A stretch of DNA of 58,589 nucleotides from positions 1 through 58,589 of the forward strand of contig JAJYWA010000004.1 in the NCBI GenBank assembly GCA_021791755.1, given 5' to 3'. A model generated the notes under the pieces. That model worked only from the letters and a program-made list of their open reading frames with translations. It made no database searches and was not told the DNA's origin. Positions 58,104-58,589 of the stretch are shown here, one piece after another; the first letter of the stretch is position 1, and each line of letters begins with the position of its first letter. This DNA is from Actinomycetes bacterium (GTDB lineage Bacteria; Actinomycetota; Acidimicrobiia; Acidimicrobiales; JAJZXF01). The translations under genes and the position numbers were made by a program.

Positions 58104-58589
58104 CGGCCTCGCGGAGAAGTCGATCACCGTCGGGTACCTGGGCGTTGTTCACCATGATGCGCACGGCGAAGGTGGCGAAGCCCAGGGCGTCGCCTCGCGA
58201 TTGGATCGATGCTTCGGGGACGATGGCTGCCATCTCTGTAACGTTTGAAAGTTCTGCTCCATCGAACCCCAGTAGCCCGAGGAGCGATGTGAGGTTGCGT
58301 GCATGGGCTGGGTCCTCGCACTTGAGCCGGATCTCGAGCCGTGGGTTCTTGGCAAGCATCTTTGGGCATTGGAGCTCGGGCAGTGGGAAGCTCCGATCGG
58401 GGCGCTCGGCGGTCACAAGTTGGATGGCTGAGGTGAGAAGTTCACGGAGCATCTGGAGGTTTGGCCGCAATACGCTGTGGGAGCCATCATTTGCCTCGAT
58501 GACGTGTTCGGCAATGCGCATTCGAAGCGTTGCGGTCAGGGTTGATGAGTAACCGGCAGGGAGTGACCTTTGTCCCTGAGGACTGCGGG
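58027..58589 (-). CDS. Partial hypothetical protein (frame is open to the window edge)
   Basis: No stop between 58521 and the edge; protein-like composition; overlaps the aroE 3' end by 77 bp. Confidence 0.45.
   Translation of the reverse strand, partial: RSPQGQRSLPAGYSSTLTATLRMRIAEHVIEANDGSHSVLRPNLQMLRELLTSAIQLVTAERPDRSFPLPELQCPKMLAKNPRLEIRLKCEDPAHARNLTSLLGLLGFDGAELSNVTEMAAIVPEASIQSRGDALGFATFAVRIMVNNAQVPDGDRLLREAVSRLHDPLQPHPTSQRAEPPPPSRA

Noticed and set aside
1-58589. Many long antisense or alternate-frame ORFs (e.g. 16440-17720, 19283-20476, 48083-49240, 56604-57641); tRNA, rRNA, reverse transcriptase or integrase genes
   Set aside because: Shadow ORFs are expected in high-GC coding DNA. 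No tRNA cloverleaf, rRNA, RT or tyrosine-integrase motifs were recognised.

Overview
GC-rich window from an actinobacterium; gene content and order look Acidimicrobiia-like, which is inference. (1) 0.1-10.2 kb: a Tad/Flp pilus locus (SAF protein, TadA, TadB, TadC, Flp, three pseudopilins) ending in a 1162-aa membrane protein that joins an extracellular LysM, an FtsK/EccC-like relic domain and a SARP-type wHTH-BTAD regulator. (2) 10.3-38 kb: an accessory patchwork of PAP2, DUF488, a heptad-repeat protein with a PD-(D/E)XK-like end, an IS remnant, and an IS607 (intact tnpA, decayed tnpB) apparently inserted at a GG in the 3' end of a serine-hydrolase gene. It continues with an orphan FrhB, UdgB, an SGNH protein, a decayed Phd/VapC pair, DedA, an orphan VirD4-like ATPase next to a ~900-aa Zn-phospholipase C/P1-fold protein, GabT, a fused DrrAB ABC exporter, an L,D-transpeptidase, a methyltransferase, an HPD-less split J-domain protein and an ATPase-DUF234 protein. 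(3) 38-58.6 kb: a PAS-GGDEF(degenerate)-EAL gene, then queA-tgt-yajC-secD-secF-rel-hisS-rarA-alaS(frameshifted)-ruvX-mltG-aroE. Two window-wide patterns are in-frame micro-tandem duplications in many proteins and a leaderless TANNNT-N6-8-start promoter layout. No tRNA, rRNA, CRISPR array or reverse transcriptase was recognised. All calls are by-eye motif recognition, with no database searches.
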